Assembly (NCBI GenBank): GCA_900542005.1
Contig: UQLW01000001.1
Location: forward strand, 14,160 to 78,159
Direction: 5' to 3'
DNA from: an uncultured Eubacteriales bacterium
Lineage (GTDB): Bacteria > Bacillota > Clostridia > Christensenellales > UMGS416
Length of the DNA: 64,000 bases
The translations under genes and the position numbers were made by a program. Positions within the stretch are counted from its first letter, which is position 1. The number at the start of each line of letters is the position of its first letter. Under the pieces are notes generated by a model. That model saw only the letters and a program-made list of their open reading frames with translations, was not told the origin of the DNA and ran no database searches. Below, piece after piece: positions 19,042 to 28,382 of the stretch.

Positions 19042-20421
19042 ATGGATCAGATGCTTGACAAGAAAATAACCGAATTCCTGGCCAGCCACCGCGAGGAAAT
19101 GGTCGCCGACCTGCAGCGGCTGGTGCGTATCGCCTCCTACAAGGAGCCCGCCCAGCCCGGCGCGCCCTTTGGCCCCGGCCCCACGGCCTGCATGCGCGAG
19201 GCGCTGAAGCTCTGCCAGGGCTATGGGCTTACCGTCCACGATGTGGATGGCTACTGCGGCTATGCCCAATGGGGCGAGAGCCCCGAGCATGTGGCGACGC
19301 TCAGCCACATGGATACCGTGCCTATCGGCGACGGCTGGGTGCACGATCCCCTGGGCGCCGCCTATGAGGACGGCGTCATTTACGGCCGCGGCGTGGCCGA
19401 CAACAAGGCGGGCGCCATCAGCTCCCTCTACGCGGTGCGCGCCCTGATGGCCGCGGGCTTTGCGCCCAAGATGGCCATCCGGCTCATCTTCGGCTGCGAC
19501 GAGGAGAGCGGTATGGGCGATATGCCCTATTACCTGGCCCATGAAAAGGCGCCCAAATACGCCTTCTCCCCTGATGCCGGCTTTCCCCTGTACTATGCGG
19601 AGAAGGGCCGGATTGACGGCCGCGTAACGGCCGCCTTCACCGCGCCTACAGCCCTTGTCCGGGTAGAGGGCGGCGTAGCGGCCAACGTGGTACCGGCCGA
19701 CGCCACCGCCTGGCTGCGGGGCTATACCGCCGCCGAGCTGCCCGCGAGCGCCTATATCGACCTGCATGACGAGGACGGCCTGGCCGTGGTGCATGCCTCC
19801 GGTATCTCCTGCCACGGCGGTAGCCCTCAGGGCGGCCGCAACGCGGCGGCCCTGCTCTACGATTATCTGGCCAGGGTCCTGCCCGCCGAGGACGGGGCCT
19901 ATGACGCCCTCAACAGCTTTGCCTCCCTCATCGGCATGCATCTGGACGGCAAGGGCATGGGTATCGACTGCACCGATGACGTGGCCGGCGAGCTGACGAT
20001 GAATATCGGCGTCATCGGCGGCGGCAGCGACGGGATCTGGTTCCATTTCGATATCCGCCACCCTGTGACCCTGGACGCGGAGGCCACGGCCCGCCGCATG
20101 CAGCAGATCTTCAGCGCCAATGGCTGGCAGCTTCCCGAGCCCCATGTATCCAAGCCGCTGTATGTGCCGCTGGACAGCCCGCTCATCACCACGTTGATGG
20201 GCGTATATCAGGAGATCACCGGGGACATGACGCCCCCGGCCACCATGGGCGGCGGCACCTACGCCCGCACCCTGCCCTGCGCCGTGTCCTTTGGCCATGC
20301 CTTTGCCGGAGACAATTCACGCGCCCATACCTATGAGGAAAACCTGAACGTGGACCAGCTGATCAAGGCAACCCGCATCTATGCCCACGCCCTGGCTCAG
20401 CTGTCCTGCCTGGAGGAATAA
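19042..20421 (+). CDS. pepV: M20-family dipeptidase PepV (copy 1)
   Basis: 459 aa. SHMDTVPIGDGWVHDPLGAAYEDGVIYGRGVADNKAG and FSPDAGFPLYYAEKG match PepV signatures. Confidence 0.85.
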   Translation: MDQMLDKKITEFLASHREEMVADLQRLVRIASYKEPAQPGAPFGPGPTACMREALKLCQGYGLTVHDVDGYCGYAQWGESPEHVATLSHMDTVPIGDGWVHDPLGAAYEDGVIYGRGVADNKAGAISSLYAVRALMAAGFAPKMAIRLIFGCDEESGMGDMPYYLAHEKAPKYAFSPDAGFPLYYAEKGRIDGRVTAAFTAPTALVRVEGGVAANVVPADATAWLRGYTAAELPASAYIDLHDEDGLAVVHASGISCHGGSPQGGRNAAALLYDYLARVLPAEDGAYDALNSFASLIGMHLDGKGMGIDCTDDVAGELTMNIGVIGGGSDGIWFHFDIRHPVTLDAEATARRMQQIFSANGWQLPEPHVSKPLYVPLDSPLITTLMGVYQEITGDMTPPATMGGGTYARTLPCAVSFGHAFAGDNSRAHTYEENLNVDQLIKATRIYAHALAQLSCLEE

Positions 20422-20425
20422 GGCC

Positions 20426-21814
20426 ATGATGGATCAAGCCCTTGACGCAAAGATTACCGCTTTTCTTGACGATCATCGTTCGGAGCTCATCGCCGATATC
20501 CGCGAGCTCGTCGCAATCCATTCGGAGGACGATTCGGCCCATGCCGCGCCCGGCGCGCCTTTTGGCCCCGGCGTAGCCCGCTGCCTCGACGCCGCCCTGG
20601 CCCAGTGCCGGAAAGCCGGGCTGGCCGTGCGCAATTTCGACGGCTTTGCCGGCGACGCTACCTGGGGCGAGGGGGAGGGCGCGGTAGCCGTGCTGACCCA
20701 TCTGGATACGGTGCCCATCGGCGATGGCTGGACCCGTGACCCCTTAGGCGGCGCCCTGGAGGACGGCCGCATCTATGGCCGGGGCGCCAACGACGATAAG
20801 GGGCCCGGCGTCTCGGCCCTGTGGGCTGTCAAGGCGCTGATCGCCGCAGGCTACCAGCCCAAGCGCCCGCTCCGGCTGATCTACGGCTGCTGCGAGGAAA
20901 CCAGCGGCCGCGACCTGGAGCACTATCTCGCCTCCACCGCTGCCCCGGCCTACGCCTTCACCCCCGACGCTGAGTTCCCCGTCATTCATGCTGAAAAGTC
21001 CTTTGTGGCCTGCCGCGCCCGCTATGATTTTGCCGCGCCCACGCGCCTTGTCCAGCTCCGGGCCGGGACCCGTGTCAACGTGGTCCCCAACCAGGCTGAG
21101 GCGCTGCTGGACGCCCATGACCTGATCCTGCCGGAGGCTGACCGCATCAGCCTTGAGGCCCAGGACGGGCTCATCCGCGTTACCGCCTCCGGCAAGGCCT
21201 CCCATGCCTCCATGCCCCAGGATGGTCTTAATGCGATCGGGATCCTAATGGCCTATCTGGCTCAGGTCCTGCCCGAGGGTGATGGGGCCCGGCTCCCCGT
21301 GTCCGTCATCGCCAGCCGCATCGGCACAGGCTATGATGGAGCCGGCTGCCACATCGCCTGCCGCGACGGGGTATCCGGCCCCCTGACCTTTAACCTGGGC
21401 CTGTTGGAAGGGGATGCCGGCTATCTGACCATCCAGATCGATATCCGCCATCCCGTCACCCTGGACGAGCAGGATACGGCCCGCCGCCTGGGCGACTTCT
21501 TTTCAGGCCACGGCTTTACGCTGGAGAACCTGTCCGCCCGGCCCGGCCTCTACTATCCCATGGAGCATCCTCTGGTGGCCACGCTGCAGGGGGTATACAA
21601 CGAGGTGACCGGCGAGCAGGGCGCCCCCATCGCCATCGGGGGCGGAACCTATGCCAAGGGCATGCCCTGCCCGACGGTCGCCTTCGGCCCCTGCTTCCCC
21701 TGGGATCAGGAGACGGCCCATATTGCCGACGAATATATGTCGGTGGATTCGCTCGTCATGGCTGCCCGCATTTACGCCCACGCCCTGATGCTGCTCAGCG
21801 GGCTTGAGGGATAA
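20426..21814 (+). CDS. pepV: M20-family dipeptidase PepV (copy 2, tandem paralog)
   Basis: 462 aa from MMDQALDAKITAFL, with GGAGGA 8 nt upstream. THLDTVPIGDGWTRDPLGGALEDGRIYGRGANDDKGP. Begins 4 nt after the copy 1 stop. Confidence 0.85.
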   Translation: MMDQALDAKITAFLDDHRSELIADIRELVAIHSEDDSAHAAPGAPFGPGVARCLDAALAQCRKAGLAVRNFDGFAGDATWGEGEGAVAVLTHLDTVPIGDGWTRDPLGGALEDGRIYGRGANDDKGPGVSALWAVKALIAAGYQPKRPLRLIYGCCEETSGRDLEHYLASTAAPAYAFTPDAEFPVIHAEKSFVACRARYDFAAPTRLVQLRAGTRVNVVPNQAEALLDAHDLILPEADRISLEAQDGLIRVTASGKASHASMPQDGLNAIGILMAYLAQVLPEGDGARLPVSVIASRIGTGYDGAGCHIACRDGVSGPLTFNLGLLEGDAGYLTIQIDIRHPVTLDEQDTARRLGDFFSGHGFTLENLSARPGLYYPMEHPLVATLQGVYNEVTGEQGAPIAIGGGTYAKGMPCPTVAFGPCFPWDQETAHIADEYMSVDSLVMAARIYAHALMLLSGLEG

Positions 21815-21927
21815 AAACAGGATACATACGCCCGGGACCGCCCCTTTGGGCCGTGGCTCCGGGCGTTTTTGCAGGAAAAGCTGCATTTTGCAGAAAAATC
21901 GGCAAAATCATCTTGCATTTTGCAGGC

Positions 21928-21936
21928 TGATATGAT
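21928..21936 (+). promoter_or_regulatory. extended -10 promoter element for the asparaginase-family gene
   Basis: TGaTATGAT (TGn + TATGAT), about 40 nt upstream of ATG 21977. Confidence 0.4.
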
Positions 21937-21976
21937 AGCTTAACCAGGGAAATTGCAGCAAATGGGAGGATTGACT

Positions 21977-22837
21977 ATGAAACCGATTGTAATCGCTACC
22001 TGGCCCTTTGCCAAGGCGGCTGTGCCGGCTGGCGGCGCAGTCCTTGCCGCCGGCGGCTGCGCCGCCGACGCGGTGGTCGAGACCATTGTGCGCATCGAGG
22101 ACAATCCGGAGGTGGACTCGGTAGGCTTTGGCGCGCTGCCCAATATCCGGGGCGAGATGCAGTTCGACGCTGCCATGATGATGGGCGACAGCCTGCGCCT
22201 GGGCGCGGTGATGGGCCTTTCCGGCTTCAAGAATCCCATTAAGGTGGCCCGCGACCTGGTGAACGAATACCGCAACAATGTACTCTGCGGCCAGGGGGCC
22301 GACGACTACGCCCTGGAAAAGGGGCATCAGCAGGCCATTATGCTCAACGACAACGCCCGCCAGCGCTGGGAGGCCGCTATGGCCGCCGGGCAGAAGAAGC
22401 CTGTGGGCCATGACACCGTCGGCTGCCTGGCGCTGGACGCCTCCGGGCAGATGGTGGCGGGGGTTTCCACCAGCGGCCTGGGCTATAAGCACCGCGGCCG
22501 GGTGGGCGATTCGCCCCTGGTGGGCAGCGGTTTCTATGTGGACAATGAGGTGGGCGGCGCCGCCGCCACCGGCGTGGGCGAGGATATCATGAAGGGCTGC
22601 GTCTGCTTCGCCGCGGTGGAGGCCATGCGCAGCGGCCTGACGCCCCAGGCCGCGCTGGAAAAGGCCATCTCGATCCATCTGGGCCGTATGCTGCGCGGCG
22701 GCGACACCTGCGGCAACTTCGCCATGGTTGCGCTGGATAAGGAGGGCAACTACGGCGGCGCCTGCTGCTGCGAGTTTGAATACTCCCTCTGGCAGGACGG
22801 TCAGGTCCTCACCTTTACGCCCGCCATCATCCGGTAA
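21977..22837 (+). CDS. Ntn hydrolase of the asparaginase_2 family (glycosylasparaginase / isoaspartyl peptidase)
   Basis: 286 aa from MKPIVIATW, with GGGAGGA SD. Autoprocessing site HDTVGCLALD and GRVGDSPLVGSGFY. Confidence 0.8.
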   Translation: MKPIVIATWPFAKAAVPAGGAVLAAGGCAADAVVETIVRIEDNPEVDSVGFGALPNIRGEMQFDAAMMMGDSLRLGAVMGLSGFKNPIKVARDLVNEYRNNVLCGQGADDYALEKGHQQAIMLNDNARQRWEAAMAAGQKKPVGHDTVGCLALDASGQMVAGVSTSGLGYKHRGRVGDSPLVGSGFYVDNEVGGAAATGVGEDIMKGCVCFAAVEAMRSGLTPQAALEKAISIHLGRMLRGGDTCGNFAMVALDKEGNYGGACCCEFEYSLWQDGQVLTFTPAIIR

Positions 22838-22885
22838 TTCGGTGCCAATTGTGCCGGGATGGAGCCCATCATACCGGTCATAAAG

Positions 22886-22926
22886 AACGCCCCCCAACGC
22901 GGTTTCCTCTCGCGTTGGGGGGCGTT
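22886..22926. terminator. bidirectional hairpin between convergent genes
   Basis: 16-bp perfect inverted repeat AACGCCCCCCAACGCG/CGCGTTGGGGGGCGTT. Confidence 0.6.
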
Positions 22927-22952
22927 ATGTCTTTCCCTTCCTGGCCCCGGCT

Positions 22953-23675
22953 CTACAGCACCATGCTCAGGAAGGCCCGGGTGCGTTCCTGGGCCGGCGC
23001 AGCAAAGAGCTGCTCCGGCGGCGCTTCCTCGGCGATCACGCCCTCATCCATAAAGAGCACGCGGTCGGAGATCTCCCGGGCAAAGCTCATCTCATGGGTC
23101 ACGATGGCCATGGTCATCCCCTCGTGGGCCAGGTCTTTGATGACGTTCAGCACTTCCTTGACCATTTCCGGATCCAGCGCCGAGGTGGGCTCGTCAAACA
23201 GCATCATATCGGGCTTCATGGCCAGGCTCCGGGCAATGGCGATCCGCTGCTTCTGGCCGCCGGAAAGCTGGGGCGGGTATGCGTCCCGCTTATCGGCCAG
23301 GCCGACGCGCCGGAGCAGCCCGGCAGCCGTCTCCTCCGCCTGTTCGCGGCTTTGCCCCAGCACCCTTCGCGGCGCAATGGTAATATTGTCCATCACCGTC
23401 AGGTGCGGGAAAAGGTTGAAGTGCTGAAACACCATGCCCATCCGCTGCCGCACGCGGAAAATATCGACGGACGGGTCGTTGATCTTCTCTCCGTTGATGA
23501 TGATATCGCCGCTGGTCGGCGTTTCCAGCAGGTTGATGCAGCGCAGGAAGGTGCTTTTCCCTGACCCGGAGGGCCCGATGATCGTCACCACCTCGCCCTT
23601 TTCAATGTGGGCGTTCACCCCCTTGAGCACCTCAAGCTTGCCAAAGGATTTATGAAGCTCCCTAACGACTATCAT
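22953..23675 (-). CDS. amino-acid ABC transporter ATP-binding protein (GlnQ-like)
   Basis: 240 aa. GPSGSGKST Walker [16 protein letters not shown] signature, [11 protein letters not shown] Walker B. Confidence 0.93.
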   Translation of the reverse strand: MIVVRELHKSFGKLEVLKGVNAHIEKGEVVTIIGPSGSGKSTFLRCINLLETPTSGDIIINGEKINDPSVDIFRVRQRMGMVFQHFNLFPHLTVMDNITIAPRRVLGQSREQAEETAAGLLRRVGLADKRDAYPPQLSGGQKQRIAIARSLAMKPDMMLFDEPTSALDPEMVKEVLNVIKDLAHEGMTMAIVTHEMSFAREISDRVLFMDEGVIAEEAPPEQLFAAPAQERTRAFLSMVL

Positions 23676-24327
23676 TCTTCTTCAATCTCCTCTCGTAAAC
23701 ATTGAGCAGCTTGGAAAGGGTAAAGGTCATGATAAAATACATCAGCGCCACCGTGAGAAGCGGCTCAAAGGAGCGGTAGGTGATGCTTCGGATGATGTCG
23801 CTTTTGCGCATCAGGTCGGTCATGCCGATCACCGAGACGATCGAGGAACTCTTCAGCAGGGCGATGAACTCATTGCCCAGGGCCGGCAGGATATTCTTCA
23901 CCGCCTGCGGCAGGATGATATAGCGCATGGTCAGGCCGGGCTTCATGCCCAGCGAATAGGCGCCCTCCGTCTGGCCATAGTCCACCGCCTGGATGCCGGC
24001 CCGCACAATTTCGGCCACATAGGCGCCGGAATTGATGCCCAGGGCCAGTATGGCGGCAAAGTATTCGGGTATATTGACGCCAATGAGCTGGGGCAGGCCA
24101 TAGAAAAGCAAGAACAGCTGCACCAGCTGCGGCGTACCCCGCACCAGCTCAATATAGACATTGGCAAGCCAGCGAAGCGGTAAAAACCGGCACATCTTCA
24201 TCAGCGCGGCGATCAGCCCCAGGACAATACCCAGGCCGACGGCGCCCGCCGTCAGCACCAGCGTCGTCCACGCGCCCTGCAGCAGCATGGGGATATAGCG
24301 CGGGATGATGGAAAAGTCAAGATTCAT
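23662..24327 (-). CDS. amino-acid ABC transporter permease (HisM/GlnP type)
   Basis: 221 aa. 5 TM segments and an EAA-like loop ([23 protein letters not shown]). Overlaps the ATPase gene by 14 nt. Confidence 0.9.
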   Translation of the reverse strand: MNLDFSIIPRYIPMLLQGAWTTLVLTAGAVGLGIVLGLIAALMKMCRFLPLRWLANVYIELVRGTPQLVQLFLLFYGLPQLIGVNIPEYFAAILALGINSGAYVAEIVRAGIQAVDYGQTEGAYSLGMKPGLTMRYIILPQAVKNILPALGNEFIALLKSSSIVSVIGMTDLMRKSDIIRSITYRSFEPLLTVALMYFIMTFTLSKLLNVYERRLKKNDSR

Positions 24328-25462
24328 GGCGTTCTCCTCCCGTCATCTGGTTCAGATACTGGTCCAGGCAGGCCAGCCCGGCCTTGAAGTGCTCCGGATC
24401 GCCGCCGATCCCCAGCCGCAGGGTTCCCTCCATATCGAAGCAGCTGCCCGGCATGATGAAGGTTCCCGTGGACTCGAAAAGGCCGCTGCAAAGCGCCTCC
24501 GAGCTGGACGCAAGGCGATACCGCAGAAGCACAAAGGTGCCCGCAGGGGGAATATCGCAGGCGACTTCTGGCGTTTTTTCCAGCCACGCCTGCAGATAGG
24601 CCAGGTTACACTCCACGATGGCCCTGTTGCGCGCCATGAGCTTGTCAAAGCTCTTCATGGCCAGCGACGCCACGGTATCGCCCAGCTGCCCGCAGCAGAT
24701 GGCCGTGTAGTTGCGGTAGGGGGCAAGCGTCTCCATGACCTCCTTGGAAGCGGCGATCCAGCCCACGCGGGCTCCCGAAAGGCCGTAGACCTTGGAAAAG
24801 CTGCCGGTGGAAATGCCTTTTTCATACAGATCGGCCACCCGCGCCAGCTCCACACCGCCGCGGGGGTAGCCCAGATAGATCTCGTCGCACAATAGATACG
24901 CGCCGGCTTCCCGCGCCGCCTCCACCACCTTTTCAAGGTAGGCCCGATCCATCACGCTGCTGGTGGGGTTGTTGGGATTGGACAGGATCAGCATGCGGCA
25001 GCCGCCCTCCATGGCCCGGCGCAGCGCCTCCAGGTTGGGCAGATAGCCATCCTCCCGGCGCAGCTCCAGCAGGGTCATCTCAGCGCCGAAGGCCTGGGGC
25101 ACCGCATAAAGCTGCTGATAGTTGGGGTGGGTGGTTACAACCCGGTCGCCCGGGGACAGCAGGCCAAACAAGGCGATATAGTTGGAGGCAATGGCTCCGT
25201 GCGTAAGCATGATGTTCCCGGCATCCTTCTGCCGGTAGAAGGATGCGATGGCGCTGCGCAGCTCCCATGAGCCGTCAATCTCGCCATAATCAAGCTTCGT
25301 ATCCAGCAAGGCCGAAAGGAAGGCCTCCGAATCATGCCCGTCCGATAGCGCCATCAGCTCGCGGATGCTCAGCGGCTCCACATAGCTTTCGGCGATGTTA
25401 TGCTTGGCCTGCGGCCCATAGGTATCCAGCCACTTGGCCGCGCGCGGCTTGATAATTTCCAT
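24317..25462 (-). CDS. class I/II PLP-dependent aminotransferase
   Basis: 381 aa. LSNPNNPTSS and SFSKVYGLSGARVGW (PLP lysine region). Overlaps the permease start by 11 nt. Confidence 0.85.
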   Translation of the reverse strand: MEIIKPRAAKWLDTYGPQAKHNIAESYVEPLSIRELMALSDGHDSEAFLSALLDTKLDYGEIDGSWELRSAIASFYRQKDAGNIMLTHGAIASNYIALFGLLSPGDRVVTTHPNYQQLYAVPQAFGAEMTLLELRREDGYLPNLEALRRAMEGGCRMLILSNPNNPTSSVMDRAYLEKVVEAAREAGAYLLCDEIYLGYPRGGVELARVADLYEKGISTGSFSKVYGLSGARVGWIAASKEVMETLAPYRNYTAICCGQLGDTVASLAMKSFDKLMARNRAIVECNLAYLQAWLEKTPEVACDIPPAGTFVLLRYRLASSSEALCSGLFESTGTFIMPGSCFDMEGTLRLGIGGDPEHFKAGLACLDQYLNQMTGGERHES

Positions 25463-25540
25463 CCGTTTTCCCTTTTCTCCTGTCTTGTCCTTCGCGGGCC
25501 CCGGCGGTCATCCCGCCAGGCCCATCCGGTCGGAAACTGC

Positions 25541-25587
25541 ACAACTCTTCAGACCCTCCCGATGGCGGAAGGGATCCAAAGAGTTGT
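25541..25587 (-). other. long compound hairpin in the SBP-aminotransferase intercistronic spacer
   Basis: Minus strand: ACAACTCTT...AAGAGTTGT outer stem enclosing a CCCTTCCG-CCAT-CGGGAGGG inner stem. Only a weak U tract follows (GCAGUUUCC). Confidence 0.45.
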
Positions 25588-25612
25588 GTCAATATAGGCT
25601 TATTTCCAGCGG

Positions 25613-26452
25613 TTACTTAAAGATATTCCACTTGGTCATGAGCTTGTCCATCTCGCCGCTGTCCTCCAGCCGCTTGATGGTCGCGTTGATGGCCTCGATC
25701 ATCTCCGTATCGCCCTTACGCGCGATGCAGGCAAGGCCGTCCACGCCCTCGTTGAGCTCGGGAATCTCAATCACCTTCAGGCCGCCCATGGTGGCCGCGT
25801 AATTGTTGCCCACCGAGCCGTCCAGCACATGGGCGTCAATGACGCCGTTCTTCACGGCCAGGATCGCCTCATCGTGCTTGTTATAGCCCTTGGGCGAGGT
25901 GCCCAGCACAGCCGTCAGCTGCTTGTCAGCCAACGAACCCAGCTGTGCGGCAACGTTCTTGGTCTTAAGGTCCTCCACCGTCTGGATGGAATCATCGTCC
26001 TCCCGGACAACCACACCCAGCTTGCTGGCGCAATATTCGTTGGAGAAATCCACAATTTCCTTGCGCTCCTCGGTGGGGGTAATGCCGGGGGCAATATCAA
26101 TCTTGCCCGTCTGCACCGAGGGGACAATGCCGGAAAACTCCATATCCTTAACCGTCAGCTTGACGCCCAGATCCTTAGCCACCTCGGCCATCACGTCGAT
26201 ATCAAAGCCCACGATGGTGGTGCCGTCGTTGGGGTCAAAGCTCTCAAAGGGCGGGAAGGTGGCCTCCACGCCGACAATGAGCTCGCCGCGCGCTTTAATC
26301 GCCTCAAGGGTGCTCTGGGAGGAAGCCTCCGCCGGCGTGGTTGCGGCCTCCGAGGCGGCCGTCGTCGAAGCGGCCGGCGCGCCGGTCTGCGCGCAGGCGC
26401 AGAGCGAAATGGCCATTACCAGGCACAGGGCAAAACTTATGCATTTTTTCAT
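25613..26452 (-). CDS. amino-acid ABC transporter substrate-binding lipoprotein (family 3)
   Basis: 279 aa. Signal peptide with lipobox LCAC, and LIVGVEATFPPFES, a typical SBP_bac_3 motif. Confidence 0.9.
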   Translation of the reverse strand: MKKCISFALCLVMAISLCACAQTGAPAASTTAASEAATTPAEASSQSTLEAIKARGELIVGVEATFPPFESFDPNDGTTIVGFDIDVMAEVAKDLGVKLTVKDMEFSGIVPSVQTGKIDIAPGITPTEERKEIVDFSNEYCASKLGVVVREDDDSIQTVEDLKTKNVAAQLGSLADKQLTAVLGTSPKGYNKHDEAILAVKNGVIDAHVLDGSVGNNYAATMGGLKVIEIPELNEGVDGLACIARKGDTEMIEAINATIKRLEDSGEMDKLMTKWNIFK

Positions 26453-26507
26453 GGAAATCGCTCCTTATATTCACCCATATTCATATAAATGGATGTTTAT
26501 ACAGATT

Positions 26508-26535
26508 ATTATACCACTTGGCCCCGATTGTGTAA
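26508..26535 (-). promoter_or_regulatory. promoter of the ABC importer operon
   Basis: Minus strand: TTACAC, 16-nt spacer, TGgTATAAT (extended -10). Confidence 0.5.
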
Positions 26536-26583
26536 AAGGGATTTGAGGAAAATGCAAAAAATCTGCTATTTCGCCAAAATTTC

Positions 26584-26613
26584 TTGACGCTTGTCTGGCG
26601 GTTGCGATACAAT
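26584..26613 (+). promoter_or_regulatory. promoter of the OCD-family gene
   Basis: TTGACG (26584-26589), 18-nt spacer, TACAAT (26608-26613). Confidence 0.5.
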
Positions 26614-26686
26614 GACTACCAAATTCCAACCAATAACATAGCGCGGGGCCGCCATGGGCGCCGCGCAGAGCAAGGGGAGATGCAGG

Positions 26687-27739
26687 ATGTTTGACGTAAC
26701 CGTACTCAGCGCCCAGCAGGTGGAGGCGCTTTTAGACATGCCCATGGCGCTTGACGCCGTCGAGCAGGCCTACCGGCTTAAGAGCACCGGCCAGGGGGGC
26801 CTCTTTCCGGTGGTCACCCATGTATTCGAGGAGGGGGTGGCCGACCTTGATATCAAATCCGGCGAGCTCAGCGGCGCCGGGATCTTCGGGCTGAAGCTGG
26901 TCAGCTGGTTCGGCGGCAATCCTCAGCGCCAGCTTCCGGCGCTGATCGGGACCATCCTGGTCTTTGACAGCGAAACGGGCGCGCCGGCCGGATTGATCAG
27001 CGCCAGCCAGATTACCGGCATGCGCACGGGAGCCGCTTCGGCCATTGGCTCCAAATACCTGGCCCGGCCCGACAGCCGCACCCTGCTGCTTGTGGGCTGC
27101 GGCGCTCAGGCGCCCTTTCAGGTGATGGCCCATCTGGAGGTCTTCTCCGGTCTTAAGCAGGTGCTGGTCTACAATCCGCTTGCCTTCGATGATGCGCGTT
27201 CCTTCTGTGATGAGATCCCCGGCGTGCTGCAGCGGCGCTTTATCGGCCGTATTGAGGATCCGCAGCGCCGCGCGGAGATCCAGCGGCGGGCCGGCATCCC
27301 CTTTCGGCCGGTGGAGAGCCTGCCATCCGCCTTGCAGCAGGCCGATATTGTCATCACCATTACGCCGTCGCGCAAGCCCATCATCGAAAGCGCCTGGGTG
27401 CGCCCCGGCACCCATCTGTCCTGCATGGGGGCCGACATGGCCGGCAAGCAGGAGACGGAGGCGGAGCTCCTTCCCCGCTGCCGCGTTTATGCCGATGACA
27501 TCACCCAGTCCATGGAGATCGGCGAATGTGAGCAGGCGGTTTCCCGCGGCCTCTTGACCCGTGAAGCTTACTGTGGCGAAATCGGTCAGGTTATCGCAGG
27601 AATCAAACCCGGCCGGCAGAGCGGCCAGGATATCACGCTCTTTGACTCTACCGGGATCGCCCTTCAGGATCTAAGCACGGCTAGCGCGCTGCTTCAGTTG
27701 GCGAAAAGGCGCGGTGTCGGCACGACGATCGCTTTATAG
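26687..27739 (+). CDS. ornithine cyclodeaminase / mu-crystallin family NAD(P)-dependent enzyme
   Basis: 350 aa from MFDVTVLSAQQVEALLDM. ITGMRTGAASAIGSKYLA and the LLLVGCGAQA Rossmann motif. Confidence 0.85.
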   Translation: MFDVTVLSAQQVEALLDMPMALDAVEQAYRLKSTGQGGLFPVVTHVFEEGVADLDIKSGELSGAGIFGLKLVSWFGGNPQRQLPALIGTILVFDSETGAPAGLISASQITGMRTGAASAIGSKYLARPDSRTLLLVGCGAQAPFQVMAHLEVFSGLKQVLVYNPLAFDDARSFCDEIPGVLQRRFIGRIEDPQRRAEIQRRAGIPFRPVESLPSALQQADIVITITPSRKPIIESAWVRPGTHLSCMGADMAGKQETEAELLPRCRVYADDITQSMEIGECEQAVSRGLLTREAYCGEIGQVIAGIKPGRQSGQDITLFDSTGIALQDLSTASALLQLAKRRGVGTTIAL

Positions 27740-27755
27740 CCTTTCCTGCCGCCTT

Positions 27756-27804
27756 ATGATGAAAGGGCCGCGGTTGATTTTGTCAACCGCGGCCCTTTCA
27801 TCAT
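27756..27804. terminator. bidirectional terminator between convergent genes
   Basis: 22-bp perfect inverted repeat ATGATGAAAGGGCCGCGGTTGA / TCAACCGCGGCCCTTTCATCAT with a 5-nt T-rich loop. Confidence 0.7.
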
Positions 27805-27818
27805 GTCAAGTCTTTTGT

Positions 27819-28361
27819 CTAATCGTCCTCCAACGCACAACCAAATCGGTTCAGCCATGCCCTCTCCCGGTCTGGGCGTTTCTTCGTCCGCCGCAGGGGC
27901 TCCGCAGCCTTACCCACCGGCAGGAAGCAGACCAGCTCATAATCCTCCGGCACGCCCAGGATACCGGCCATTTGGCGGCCGATGGCGTCCTCGTCGGTGA
28001 TGTGGCCCTCAATCCAGCAGCTTTGATAGCCCAGCGCCACAATAGCCAGCAGCATATTCTCGATGGCCGCCGCATAGTCCTGCACCGCAAAGCAGCGTCC
28101 GCGGTAGGCGGGAATCCGCTGCGTAAGCACGCAGATCATGGCCGGGGCCGTCTCCCCGATGGGCGGCTGGATCACCGCCCGCAGCCGTGCCAGCGTATCC
28201 GGATCATCCACCGCGATCAGGCTGGCCGTCTGCTTGTTGCATCCCGACGGCGCCGCAAGGCCCGCCTTCAGGATGGCCAGCAGGTCATCCCGCGGCACCA
28301 CTTCCGCCTTATACTGCCCCCGGTAGCTTGTCCTGGCCTCAATGGCCTTTAAGGTATCCAT
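27819..28361 (-). CDS. nitroreductase-family flavoprotein
   Basis: 180 aa. IEARTSYRGQY...LKAGLAAPSGCNKQ, a typical nitroreductase N-terminus. Confidence 0.87.
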   Translation of the reverse strand: MDTLKAIEARTSYRGQYKAEVVPRDDLLAILKAGLAAPSGCNKQTASLIAVDDPDTLARLRAVIQPPIGETAPAMICVLTQRIPAYRGRCFAVQDYAAAIENMLLAIVALGYQSCWIEGHITDEDAIGRQMAGILGVPEDYELVCFLPVGKAAEPLRRTKKRPDRERAWLNRFGCALEDD

Positions 28362-28382
28362 TGCGCTTCCCCCTTCTTCTCA

